Part shown: piece after piece, positions 9,587 to 18,591 of the stretch
Layout of the letters: each line of letters opens with the position of its first letter
Position numbering within the stretch: the stretch's first letter is position 1
NCBI GenBank assembly: GCA_037441845.1
Contig: JBBIRK010000006.1
Location: forward strand, 96,001 to 160,000
Direction: 5' to 3'
Length of the DNA stretch: 64,000 nt
DNA from: Candidatus Zixiibacteriota bacterium
Lineage (GTDB): Bacteria > Zixibacteria > MSB-5A5 > UBA10806 > 4484-95
The notes under the pieces: model-generated
Databases searched by the model: none
Seen by the model: the letters and a program-made list of their open reading frames with translations, nothing else
Told to the model about the DNA's origin: nothing
Translations under genes and position numbers: made by a program

Positions 9587-10993
9587 CTAAGGATTCACAA
9601 GCCGACCCTTGCGACCGATAATCCTGTCAAATATATAAATCAAAATCGAAACGCCCAAGCCGGGATAAATGGGGTCGATCGTTCCGGGGTATCCATCCCT
9701 GAACCGACCGAGCGCGAACCAGCCGATTACGGCCAGCGCGCTGGCGACTATGGCGATCGCGGCTCCACGCGAGCTCATCCGCCAATTACTGGTGAACGAA
9801 CTGGAAACAGGCAGCAACAAAGCGCCGGTGCTCAGGGTGCCGAAAATGTACCAGATCTCGATAACCGATCGCAAAAGCAAGGCGATCAGCACCGCCATCG
9901 CCGCCGAAAAAATCAGGCCGAGCCTCGTGTAAAGATTTATTGTCCTGCCTTCGGGATTGCGTCTGCTCAACCGTAGTAATATATCTTTGCCGATAGTCGT
10001 CCCCGACACGAAAGCGTAACTGTCCACCGTGGACATGATCGTGGCGAACAGCCCTACCAGAAATATCGCCTTGAACAGCCCCGGCAGAACCATCGCTCCC
10101 AACGCCGGATACGACATCATCGGATCGGGCAGTTCGGGAAGCAGAGCCCGCGCATACATGCCGGAGAATGTGGTCATGAAATCGAATACCGCCCAGAGTG
10201 GAATCGATAGCAACAATCCTCTCCGCGCAGTCTGTTTGTCCCGGGCGGCGAAACATCGCTGGTAAAAAGCCGGTTCCACGAGCGCCGAAAGGGCGATGAA
10301 ATACCAGGCCAAAATATAAGTCGCCGGTCGATCGCCTTTCCAACTGAAAAATTCCGGAGCAAGTCTGGATTGCAGAAATCCGATACCGCCGAAATTGAAA
10401 AAAAGAAATATAAGCATTATGGCGAACCCGACGAACATCAAGATAAACTGTATGATGTCGGAATAGACATCTCCTCTGAGTCCGCCGGAATAGACATAGA
10501 CAACCGAAAATACCGCCCCGGCCACGACTCCTACGGCCAGCGGTATCCCGAACACGTATTGCGCCAGCACGCCGACCTGCAGAATATATGCCGCCGGCGC
10601 CGCATTGATAAACACCAGCACCGCTCCGGATACCGCCGCGGGTCGGCCATACGCCAGCGCCAGCTGATCGGGGATAGTGTAATGCCCGCTTTGCCTCGCC
10701 CTACCCGCCAGAAATATCGCGAATAAAAACGCCGCAAGATAATACGGCAGGCCGAACACCAGCCAGTTGGATATTCCATGCCTGAAAGAATACTCGCCGA
10801 CTCCCAATATGCCGCCGTACCAGGTGGAGACCGTGCTGGCAACGAACGCGGGCAAGGTCAGCCTTCGCCCCATCAACAGATATTCGTCGGCGCTGTCCCT
10901 GTTCCTCGAAAAAAGTCCGTAGCCCAGTCCAAGCAGATAGGCAAGGTAAATCCCCAAAAGAATCAGGCTGTATATGTCATAGCCGGGATTCAT
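9587..10993 (-). CDS. Sodium:solute symporter (SSS) family protein, probably for thiamine or a precursor
   Basis: EYLLMGRRL, VSTWYGG, GGLRGDVYSD, YQRCFAA, ATIMSTVDS; many TM helices; adjoins the TPP-regulated TBDR. Confidence 0.9.
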   Translation of the reverse strand: MNPGYDIYSLILLGIYLAYLLGLGYGLFSRNRDSADEYLLMGRRLTLPAFVASTVSTWYGGILGVGEYSFRHGISNWLVFGLPYYLAAFLFAIFLAGRARQSGHYTIPDQLALAYGRPAAVSGAVLVFINAAPAAYILQVGVLAQYVFGIPLAVGVVAGAVFSVVYVYSGGLRGDVYSDIIQFILMFVGFAIMLIFLFFNFGGIGFLQSRLAPEFFSWKGDRPATYILAWYFIALSALVEPAFYQRCFAARDKQTARRGLLLSIPLWAVFDFMTTFSGMYARALLPELPDPMMSYPALGAMVLPGLFKAIFLVGLFATIMSTVDSYAFVSGTTIGKDILLRLSRRNPEGRTINLYTRLGLIFSAAMAVLIALLLRSVIEIWYIFGTLSTGALLLPVSSSFTSNWRMSSRGAAIAIVASALAVIGWFALGRFRDGYPGTIDPIYPGLGVSILIYIFDRIIGRKGRLVNP

Positions 10994-13500
10994 TAAAAGG
11001 CCGCTTTAAGCGACAAATATAGATTTCGTTCGGCCGCCGCCATATATCGAGGCAGGCCGTCGTCCGGCTCAATATACGCCGCTGCCGCGTATTTACGGTT
11101 GCCCGCATTGTTTATCCTGAGCGAAAGGACATATTCGCCGTATCTGTCCGGCAAAGGCAGTTCCGCGGTGAGATCGCCATCGATGACCAAATAGGAATCG
11201 AGCCGATACTGTTCCGCGTTATCGATAAATTGGCTGCCCACGAATCTACCCTGTATTCCGAACGTGAATCGGTGCGCAGATACGGTCCCGCGAAGATTGG
11301 CGATCATCCTAGGATAGCCGCCGATCCGATTGCCGGACCTATCCAAGGTATCGCCGTAGTAATCGTATTCGATGTAATCGATGAATCGATCGTCGTTGAA
11401 ACAGAAGTTGCCGTCCAGCCCGAACCATCCGGTTTTCATCTGCGCCGATAGCTCGATTCCCTGGTGAAGCGTTTTTTCCGCGTTTCCCGATATCGGCAAA
11501 CCCATATCATCGAGCTGCCCGGCATAAGGAATCAATTCGTCTCGGATTTCCATGCGGTAAAGATTGACCGAGCCACGCAAATTCCAATCGCCGGTTCCGT
11601 AGGCCAACTGGGCGCCGAGTTCGTAATCGAGCAATTTCTCCGGCTTCAGCTCTTTGCCGATATAGCTCCAGCCTCCCGGTATCCGCACGAAATTATCCGG
11701 CCGCATCGGCGGGCTGGACCAAAAATCGGTCGGGTCGTAAATATCTTTTAACGCCGGCTGCCGCGATGCCGTGGCGATTGTCGCGAAAGCCGATACGTTC
11801 TCGTTGACCCGGAAATTAATGCCGCCCCGGGGCGATAAATAGTCGAAATCGCGCTTGAAAGTCACGCCGAATCGCCGGTCGTCACCCATATCGTAGCGAT
11901 GAAATTGATATTGGACATTGCCTAAGAGAGAGAATTTTTCGCTTAACTGGTAAGATTCTTGGATGAATGCAGAAAAAGTTCTGCTTTTCACGCGATAATC
12001 GTAAAAGCGGAGGTTCGGCCGTTCGTTTCGCGGGTAGATGCTCGCCCAGATTATTTCGCCGAAATGCCGTCCCGCGTGAATCCTCATCTCGCCGCCGAAA
12101 GACAACTTGTTCCTGCCTTTCTCAATAGTCAATCTAGGTATCCAACCCCAGTCATATTCATCTACCGTCAAGCGTTTCACGATATCCGATTCATAAACCG
12201 ACAGCGGATAATATCCGGTCGAGTCGGGCAGAGGGTTGCCCAGCGAGTCGCGGTTGACGTAAAATTCGGCCGGGAAATTATTTCCGGTTGAGTCATAAAG
12301 CGTCCAATCGGCCCCGTAAAAAGCGCCGAGATCGTATTCGGCCAAATCCTTGCCGTAGCGAAGCTGATTGTAATATCCCTCGCCCTCGAAAAAGTAAAGC
12401 GTGTTTTCCAATCTCGAATTTTCGCCTATTTTCCAGTCGTGAATCAACTCGTAATGCGGCTGATTGAAATGGTCTATTTCATTGTCGTATTGCAGTTCGT
12501 TGAATTTCCTGTCTGTCCGCAACGTCGCCTCATCGATCCCCTTATAAGCCAGATGGGATTCCTCTGGACCGCCGTATGTGTTAAACTTCAAAGTGTAATT
12601 TTCGCCATAACGTGCGATTCCCAGAAAATAAGCGAACATCCGCGTCCAGGACTTATCACGATAACCGTCCGTCTGCAACTTGGAAAACCGACCATAGAAC
12701 ACGTATGAATCCTTTATCAGCCCGGAGTTGCCCGAAATCGATACTTTTCGCGTGTTGTAACTTCCCAACCCCAGCTCCGTTTTCAATTCCGGAATCGCCG
12801 GAAAATCATGGGTTACCAGGTTGACCGAACCACCTATCGAGGACGGTCCGTAATGTGAAATCCCGACTCCCCGCTGCACTTGAATATCCTGCAGGCTCGA
12901 GGCGTAATCGGGAAGATCGACCCAAAACACCTCGTGCGATTCGGCATCGTTGAGAGGTATTCCGTTCAGCATGACCGAAATCCGTTTCTGGTCGAATCCG
13001 CGGATTCTCATGTAGGAATAGCCGACACCCGAACCGGCATCGGAATAAGCAAATACATTCGGCAGAGATGACAGCAACACCGGCACGTCCTGAGCCCAAT
13101 AACGATCCTCGATATCGCTTCTGCTCATGTTGCTGAATGCGATCGGGGTTTCGCCGATCTTGGCACGACTGCCCGTTACCACCACGTCCTGGCCCTCGAG
13201 CAGACGCGGAATCAACCGAATAGTCAGCGGACCGGTGCCTACGGCCTCTACCGAACGCACGGCCACCTCATAACCGATAAGGGTGACCACTATGGAGAAT
13301 TTGTCGGATGGTTGTATCGGAAGGCTGAACCGCCCGTCACTGTCGCTGACACCGGTTATCTCGCTGCCGATCACTTTCACCCAGGCGCCGGGCAGAGGCT
13401 CTCCACCTTCGGCGCTGATTATTCTGCCGGTTATCGCCGCATTTGCGGTGGAGACGATAGCCGCCAGAGCCATAACGATGGTTAGAATTGGTTTGAACAT
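10993..13500 (-). CDS. TonB-dependent receptor (thiamine-related) with N-terminal carboxypeptidase-regulatory-like domain
   Basis: Signal peptide MFKPILT…ANA, VVVTGSR, plug motif IRGFD…NGIPLND, C-terminal Phe. RBS AAGGAG precedes ATG 13500. Confidence 0.92.
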   Translation of the reverse strand: MFKPILTIVMALAAIVSTANAAITGRIISAEGGEPLPGAWVKVIGSEITGVSDSDGRFSLPIQPSDKFSIVVTLIGYEVAVRSVEAVGTGPLTIRLIPRLLEGQDVVVTGSRAKIGETPIAFSNMSRSDIEDRYWAQDVPVLLSSLPNVFAYSDAGSGVGYSYMRIRGFDQKRISVMLNGIPLNDAESHEVFWVDLPDYASSLQDIQVQRGVGISHYGPSSIGGSVNLVTHDFPAIPELKTELGLGSYNTRKVSISGNSGLIKDSYVFYGRFSKLQTDGYRDKSWTRMFAYFLGIARYGENYTLKFNTYGGPEESHLAYKGIDEATLRTDRKFNELQYDNEIDHFNQPHYELIHDWKIGENSRLENTLYFFEGEGYYNQLRYGKDLAEYDLGAFYGADWTLYDSTGNNFPAEFYVNRDSLGNPLPDSTGYYPLSVYESDIVKRLTVDEYDWGWIPRLTIEKGRNKLSFGGEMRIHAGRHFGEIIWASIYPRNERPNLRFYDYRVKSRTFSAFIQESYQLSEKFSLLGNVQYQFHRYDMGDDRRFGVTFKRDFDYLSPRGGINFRVNENVSAFATIATASRQPALKDIYDPTDFWSSPPMRPDNFVRIPGGWSYIGKELKPEKLLDYELGAQLAYGTGDWNLRGSVNLYRMEIRDELIPYAGQLDDMGLPISGNAEKTLHQGIELSAQMKTGWFGLDGNFCFNDDRFIDYIEYDYYGDTLDRSGNRIGGYPRMIANLRGTVSAHRFTFGIQGRFVGSQFIDNAEQYRLDSYLVIDGDLTAELPLPDRYGEYVLSLRINNAGNRKYAAAAYIEPDDGLPRYMAAAERNLYLSLKAAF

Positions 13501-13545
13501 CGATTGCTCCTTTCTCCTGTGAAGGATTACGGGAGCCGGCGGGGG

Positions 13546-13572
13546 AAACAAAAACCTCCCAGCTTCGGGAGG
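13546..13572 (-). terminator. Intrinsic terminator in the TPP riboswitch expression platform
   Basis: Minus strand CCTCCC-gaagct-GGGAGG-TTTTTGTTT between the aptamer and the TBDR start. Confidence 0.8.
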
Positions 13573-13580
13573 ATCGCTTG

Positions 13581-13660
13581 ATAATTCCCTACGCTGGCAT
13601 TACCCAGTTCAGGTTCAAAGGGTTTGATCTCAGGCCCCGTTTCCGGGACCACCCCTGTAT
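13581..13660 (-). ncRNA. TPP (thiamine pyrophosphate) riboswitch
   Basis: Minus strand AGGGGTG…CTGAGA…ACCCTTTGAACCTGA…GGTAATGCCAGCGTAGGGA matches the THI-box consensus. Confidence 0.95.
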
Positions 13661-13844
13661 AATTTCTTGGCGCAATATGATGATTTAGGCTCAGCGGCGC
13701 AAGCAAAAAAATCGCATTTTAATCGATTAAAAAAGACAGAATGCTCCATCGGCGGGGATTAAATCATCCCGCTGAATTCGATGATTCCAATATGCCAAAA
13801 CCATCAGCATGGAGAAAAACGACTGGAGCCGATACCCCTCGTCA

Positions 13845-14150
13845 TCATTGCTTCTTATTCTCTTCCGCATTTTCTCTCCGCAAATCCACCACCGTGGCGC
13901 CCCAGCCGCCGCCGGAACCTTCTTCATGACGATAATCGGCCACCGCCGGGTGCCTGGCCAGAATCGTCTGAACGATCGCCCGCAGGGTCCCCGTCCCCTT
14001 GCCGTGGATGATCCTTAGCTGATAAATCTCTCTGGCCAGACATTCATCGATATAGTCGGGGATCAGTTGTTTGATTTCCCCGGGCCTGAATGTATGCAGA
14101 TCGAGTGTTCCGTCAATCGGCAACGGATGCGGCTCATCATCGCGCGTCAT
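13845..14150 (-). CDS. Smr/MutS2 domain protein
   Basis: LDLH, IIHGKGTGTLR, GGWGATVV. Confidence 0.92.
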   Translation of the reverse strand: MTRDDEPHPLPIDGTLDLHTFRPGEIKQLIPDYIDECLAREIYQLRIIHGKGTGTLRAIVQTILARHPAVADYRHEEGSGGGWGATVVDLRRENAEENKKQ

Positions 14151-14182
14151 TTGAGCAATTTAAATGTTATGATTGGCCTGCG

Positions 14183-14220
14183 CAAAAAAAATCCCCGCCG
14201 GAGGGGTAGCGGGGATTCTT
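14183..14220 (-). terminator. Intrinsic terminator after the 47-aa ORF
   Basis: Minus strand ATCCCCGC-loop-GCGGGGAT-TTTTTTT. Confidence 0.8.
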
Positions 14221-14237
14221 GGGGATCCTGGCGTCGG

Positions 14238-14381
14238 TTATTCGTCTTCCAACTGCTCGTCTTTGAAAGGATCGTATTTAGTGAAGTCCTCGCTATCGTA
14301 TAATTTGAACGACGCGCCCATGGCCTCGGCCTCCGCGCGCCGGTCTTTTTCGATCAAGTATTCGATAAACCTGTTTTTCAT
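14238..14381 (-). CDS. Small acidic hypothetical protein (47 aa), absent from the ORF track
   Basis: AGGGAGG RBS, ATG, MKNRFIEYLIEKDRRAEAEAMGASFKLYDSEDFTKYDPFKDEQLEDE*, followed by a terminator. Confidence 0.7.
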   Translation of the reverse strand: MKNRFIEYLIEKDRRAEAEAMGASFKLYDSEDFTKYDPFKDEQLEDE

Positions 14382-14820
14382 ATCGTCCTCCCTTCAACAG
14401 GCTGATAAACAATAATCAGGCCAATACTCACGCGTTCGGTTGTCTATATGTTATTTAATGCCGGACAAGGCGTTAGCGAAAAAAATGGATACTGTCGAAT
14501 CCCCGAAATGTTTCAATATTCACTTGCAGGCACAATCTATGTGAATCGACATGCACAAAATTCCGGCACTTATTTCAAGCCCATCGCCGGCACTCGATTC
14601 ACTCGCCCCTCGTTGGCGAGCGCGGTTGTTTTTTCGACGATGATGTTATATATAGGAACAATTCGCTGTTTATAGCATAAAGCTGAATGATGTCGGAAAG
14701 GAGGCGAAATAAATCGACGGAAAATGTCGTGCGGCAGCCGTGATTTGAGCGCCGTCGCCGATCTAAGAATCCAATATAATTCGAATATAATTCGAATCAT
14801 TATTTAAGGAGTAGGATATT

Positions 14821-15399
14821 ATGGATGAATATCTAAGGCGGAACGCCAATGAGCGGGTGATGATTTTTATCGACGGGAATAATCTTTATCACAGCCTTAA
14901 ACATGTGATCGGTCGCACCAATCTCGATTTCGAAAAGTTTTCCAGGAAACTTGCCAACAACCGTCATCTGATCAGAACCTATTATTACAACGCTCCTTTG
15001 AATCGGGACGACGACGAGGAGAAGCATCGACTGCAGCAGTCCTTTTTCGATTCACTCGATTCCGTGCCATACTTTACTAAAAAGTTCGGCCGACTTGAAA
15101 AGCGACTGGTCCGACAGACGCTTCCTGACGGCACCTATATTTCCGTACCTACCTATGTCGAAAAAGGTGTCGATACTCATATAGTAATCGATATGTTGAC
15201 TTTCGCGTTCAAAGACACTTACGATACCGCCATCCTCGTTTCCGGCGACGAGGATTTCGTGGTGCTGGTCGAAAGGATAAAGGACTTAGGCAAGCATGTC
15301 GAGGTCGCCAATCTCGGCGGTTCGTTCGCATTACGCCAGGCGGCCGACAAGTACGTTCTGATCAATCAGGAATTTCTCGATGGGATCCAGCAAGTTTAA
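14821..15399 (+). CDS. NYN domain (LabA/DUF88, PIN-like) protein
   Basis: FIDGNNL, EKGVD, LVSGDEDF, LRQAAD. Confidence 0.92.
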   Translation: MDEYLRRNANERVMIFIDGNNLYHSLKHVIGRTNLDFEKFSRKLANNRHLIRTYYYNAPLNRDDDEEKHRLQQSFFDSLDSVPYFTKKFGRLEKRLVRQTLPDGTYISVPTYVEKGVDTHIVIDMLTFAFKDTYDTAILVSGDEDFVVLVERIKDLGKHVEVANLGGSFALRQAADKYVLINQEFLDGIQQV

Positions 15400-15537
15400 T
15401 TCTTTGGAATCGTCAACGGCCGCGGTATGGCGTCTCAAAGAATCGCATCTGGGGGGATCGTGTCCATAAAACGGCTTTCAATTTGCTCGATTCCGGGTTA
15501 TATTAACGTAGCGGTAAACGACCGGTGATATTTTGCC

Positions 15538-16755
15538 ATGAATGACGACCACTTGCCGGCCACCGAAATTTCGGTGCAAGTAGATGCCTCCAAAGAGACT
15601 TCGTTAACCGAGAAAAAAATCGTACTGCTCTATGCCTCGTCGGGAAAAGGCCACAAATCAGCCTGTCGGGCGATCGAAGAGGCTTTGAGGAATGCCGGTT
15701 ATGACGGCGCCCTACTGATGGTCGATATACTCGATTATATGCCCTCGCTGGTGGCCGATCTTTTTTCGCGCGGATACGTCTTTGCGGCTTCGCGCCTTCC
15801 CTGGCTCTGGTTCATAATCTATGAAATCCAGAGCAATCTGTCGCGCTTTCGTCCTCCGCCGCTTTGGCAAAAATCGCTCTGGAAAATTCTATTGCGGCGA
15901 TTGAACCGATTCTTAAAATCGGAAAAACCGGATTACATTATTTCAGCCTACTTCACCGCAAGTTGGGCCGCCGGACGCTATAAAAAAGTTCACGATCCAG
16001 CATGCCGGGTGGCCACCGTGATCACCGATTACGGAATGCATCCGGTATGGCTTGCCCCATCACAGGACCGATATTTCGTGGCCACCGAGGAAATGAAATT
16101 CGAGCTGGCGGCTTTTTCTGGTTACACCTCGGTGCCGAACGAGATGATCGAAATAGTGGGCATTCCGATAGAGAAGAGGTTCGCCTCCCCGAAAATCAGA
16201 GCCGAACTGCGTAAGCAATATCGCCTCGACGATGACCGCTTTACCGTATTGGTTTTGGCCGGCGCCTATGGGCCGCATCACGTGGAAACGATCGTGAAAA
16301 AACTTGCCGAGTGCCGAACCAGGTTGCAATTGCTTATGGTGGCGGGCCGAAATTTCCCGGTCAGCGATCGCCTCAGGGAATTGCTTGCCGCCCGCGATAT
16401 ACCCTATCGCATTTACGGCATGATAGATTTTATGCACGATCTGACCGCCCTGGCCGATGTGGCCATCACCAAGAGCGGGGGATTGACAAGCAGCGAATGT
16501 TTCTCCTCCGGATGCCCGTTGTTCATATATAAGCCATACCCGGGTCAGGAGGAGCGTAATTGCGCCCTGTTTCTCGAAAAAGGAGCGGCTTCCCGCATTT
16601 ATCAGCTCGAAAGCCTGCCGATGAAAATTGACAAACTCGCGGCGAATCCCGATCTTTACCAGCGGATGTCCAAAGCGGCCATGCGGGTGGCCAAAGGCGA
16701 TGCCGCCCAGAGAATCGCCGCTGTCGTGCTTGATGATTTGAGGAAAAATCGATGA
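15538..16755 (+). CDS. MGDG-synthase/UgtP-like GT28 glycosyltransferase
   Basis: SSGKGH, VITDYGMHPVW, GIPI, ITKSGGLT, PGQEERN. Confidence 0.88.
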   Translation: MNDDHLPATEISVQVDASKETSLTEKKIVLLYASSGKGHKSACRAIEEALRNAGYDGALLMVDILDYMPSLVADLFSRGYVFAASRLPWLWFIIYEIQSNLSRFRPPPLWQKSLWKILLRRLNRFLKSEKPDYIISAYFTASWAAGRYKKVHDPACRVATVITDYGMHPVWLAPSQDRYFVATEEMKFELAAFSGYTSVPNEMIEIVGIPIEKRFASPKIRAELRKQYRLDDDRFTVLVLAGAYGPHHVETIVKKLAECRTRLQLLMVAGRNFPVSDRLRELLAARDIPYRIYGMIDFMHDLTALADVAITKSGGLTSSECFSSGCPLFIYKPYPGQEERNCALFLEKGAASRIYQLESLPMKIDKLAANPDLYQRMSKAAMRVAKGDAAQRIAAVVLDDLRKNR

Positions 16756-17105
16756 CCGAAAAACGATCGCATCAGTCAGTATCCGCCGCCGAGTTGATCG
16801 ATGAATTGAGAAAAACCCTAAAAGACCGGCTTAGCTCTTATGAGGAGATATCCGATCTGGCCAGGCGCAAAATCGCCGGAGAAATAGATCATGTTTTGGC
16901 ATGTCTGGATATACTCGATAAGAAAACGAAAGATTCCGCGGATCTGCTCACCGAACGACGCATGTCGCGATTGAGCAAATTGATCATCAAGCCGGCCAAA
17001 TCGGGCAGATATAAAAATCGTTTCCGACGTTTAAGCGATATTGAGGAAAATTTGAGTAAGATTGAGCGCCAGATAATAGAAATCCTGGGGGAAAGCCGCC
17101 GCTGA
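16752..17105 (+). CDS. Hypothetical helical protein
   Basis: ATGA overlap with the upstream gene and AGGA RBS; no recognisable motif. Confidence 0.6.
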   Translation: MTEKRSHQSVSAAELIDELRKTLKDRLSSYEEISDLARRKIAGEIDHVLACLDILDKKTKDSADLLTERRMSRLSKLIIKPAKSGRYKNRFRRLSDIEENLSKIERQIIEILGESRR

Positions 17106-17193
17106 ATCCAGGATTCCCGTAACCTCAAGGAAATGAAGGTGTTGACGGAAACGCTGACTTTTCATCGAGTTGCTGAAAAAAAGATGGTATGAC

Positions 17194-17222
17194 TTGACAG
17201 TCACGGCTGCGGCGATTATATT
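17194..17222 (+). promoter_or_regulatory. sigma70-type promoter for ferredoxin
   Basis: TTGACA-17 bp-TATATT. Confidence 0.65.
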
Positions 17223-17316
17223 TGCCGCCGATGGTTAATCGGCCGAAACGGCTGTGAGCAAAACGAGTGCCCCGCCGAATTCAGCCGCAAAAATCGGAAA
17301 GTAAAGGGAGGAACAG

Positions 17317-17505
17317 ATGAGAGCTGAAATAGACCATGATCTTTGTTCGGGAGATGGGATCTGCGCCGAGCTCTGCCCCGAAGTTTTCGAAATGGATGGC
17401 GACAAGGCAAAGGTCATTGTCGATGAAGTGCCTCCTGATGCCGAAGACGCCTGCCGGGATGCCGCCGATAGCTGCCCCGAAGGCTGCATCAGCATAATCG
17501 AATAA
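17317..17505 (+). CDS. Single-cluster ferredoxin (CxxDxxC…CP)
   Basis: CSGDGICAELCP…AADSCPEGCI; GGGAGG RBS. Confidence 0.93.
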   Translation: MRAEIDHDLCSGDGICAELCPEVFEMDGDKAKVIVDEVPPDAEDACRDAADSCPEGCISIIE

Positions 17506-17671
17506 AGTGACCCGGTTCAGGCGTGCGGAACAATCCCCGCCCTGAAAAACAGAACGCAGATTTTCAGGCAACGATCAAGATCGTCGTTGCCTTTTTTAAT
17601 CGTTGAAGCCCATTCCGGGAAAAAGTGAAAAAAACCGCACCGTATGGGCCTAATTCGAGTATAATGTCGGT

Positions 17672-18577
17672 ATGCCGGAAAATTATCGCAAGTTCCTGGA
17701 TCCATTAATCGTCAGCAAACTGGCCACGCTCGAACTAAAAGCAAGATTGGTCGTCGAGGGCTTCATAGTGGGGCTTCATCGCAGCCCTTATCATGGGTTC
17801 TCGGTCGAGTTCTCTGAACATCGGCAATATATGCCCGGCGATGAGATCAAGCATATCGATTGGAAAGTTTACGGCAAGTCCGACCGGTTCTTCATAAAAC
17901 AATTCGAGGAGGAAACGAATCTGCGCGGCTATATTTTACTCGACTGTTCCGCCTCGATGGCTTATCGGTCCGGCGGTGTCGGAGGAATCAGCAAATTCGA
18001 ATACGCATCCTACCTTGCGGCCGCCCTTGCCTACCTCATGTTACGCCAGCAGGACGCCTGCGGGCTGGTCGTTTACGACGAACGAATCCAGAATCTCATT
18101 CCGCCCCGAGGCACTCGCTCGCATCTTTATAATATCTTGAAGGCGATTGAAAATTCCAAACCATCCAACCGGACCGATGCCGCCGTGACTTTTCATGAAA
18201 TGGCCGATAAGATTAATCGCCGCGGATTGATAATAATCATCTCGGATTTATTCGATGATCCCGAAAAAATGTTGGGAGGATTGCGTCATTTCCGCCATAG
18301 AAAACACGACGTCATAGTGTTCCAGATCCTCGACCCGTTCGAAAGGCGTTTTTCGTTCGGAGCAGAGGCCAGATTTCGCGATCTGGAAACCGGCGAAATG
18401 CTGCTGACCAATCCCCATCAAATCCGTGATGAGTACGTAAGAAGGCTTGAATCGTTCATCGAAAGTTTTTCGCGCCGCTGCCGGGATTCGATGATTGATT
18501 ATCATCTCATGGATACATCCGAACCGTTCGACAAGGCGCTGTTCGGTTATCTTGCCAAGCGAAGCAGGCTCGGATAG
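17672..18577 (+). CDS. DUF58 (vWA-like, MoxR-associated) protein
   Basis: GLHRSPYHGFSVEFSEHRQYMPGD, IDWK, LDCSASM, IISD. Confidence 0.92.
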   Translation: MPENYRKFLDPLIVSKLATLELKARLVVEGFIVGLHRSPYHGFSVEFSEHRQYMPGDEIKHIDWKVYGKSDRFFIKQFEEETNLRGYILLDCSASMAYRSGGVGGISKFEYASYLAAALAYLMLRQQDACGLVVYDERIQNLIPPRGTRSHLYNILKAIENSKPSNRTDAAVTFHEMADKINRRGLIIIISDLFDDPEKMLGGLRHFRHRKHDVIVFQILDPFERRFSFGAEARFRDLETGEMLLTNPHQIRDEYVRRLESFIESFSRRCRDSMIDYHLMDTSEPFDKALFGYLAKRSRLG

Positions 18578-18591
18578 ACCGCCGATTTATT

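Noticed and set aside
14774..14799. AATATAATTCG tandem duplication upstream of the NYN gene
   Set aside because: Only two copies of an AT-rich 11-mer; not a CRISPR array or iteron, and could be chance or simple slippage.
13845..15399. Smr + NYN nucleases as an anti-phage defence island
   Set aside because: Both are common housekeeping-type families, divergently oriented, with no other defence genes nearby.
17672..18577. DUF58 without an adjacent MoxR
   Set aside because: Dispersed MoxR-associated genes are common; the partner is probably elsewhere in the genome.
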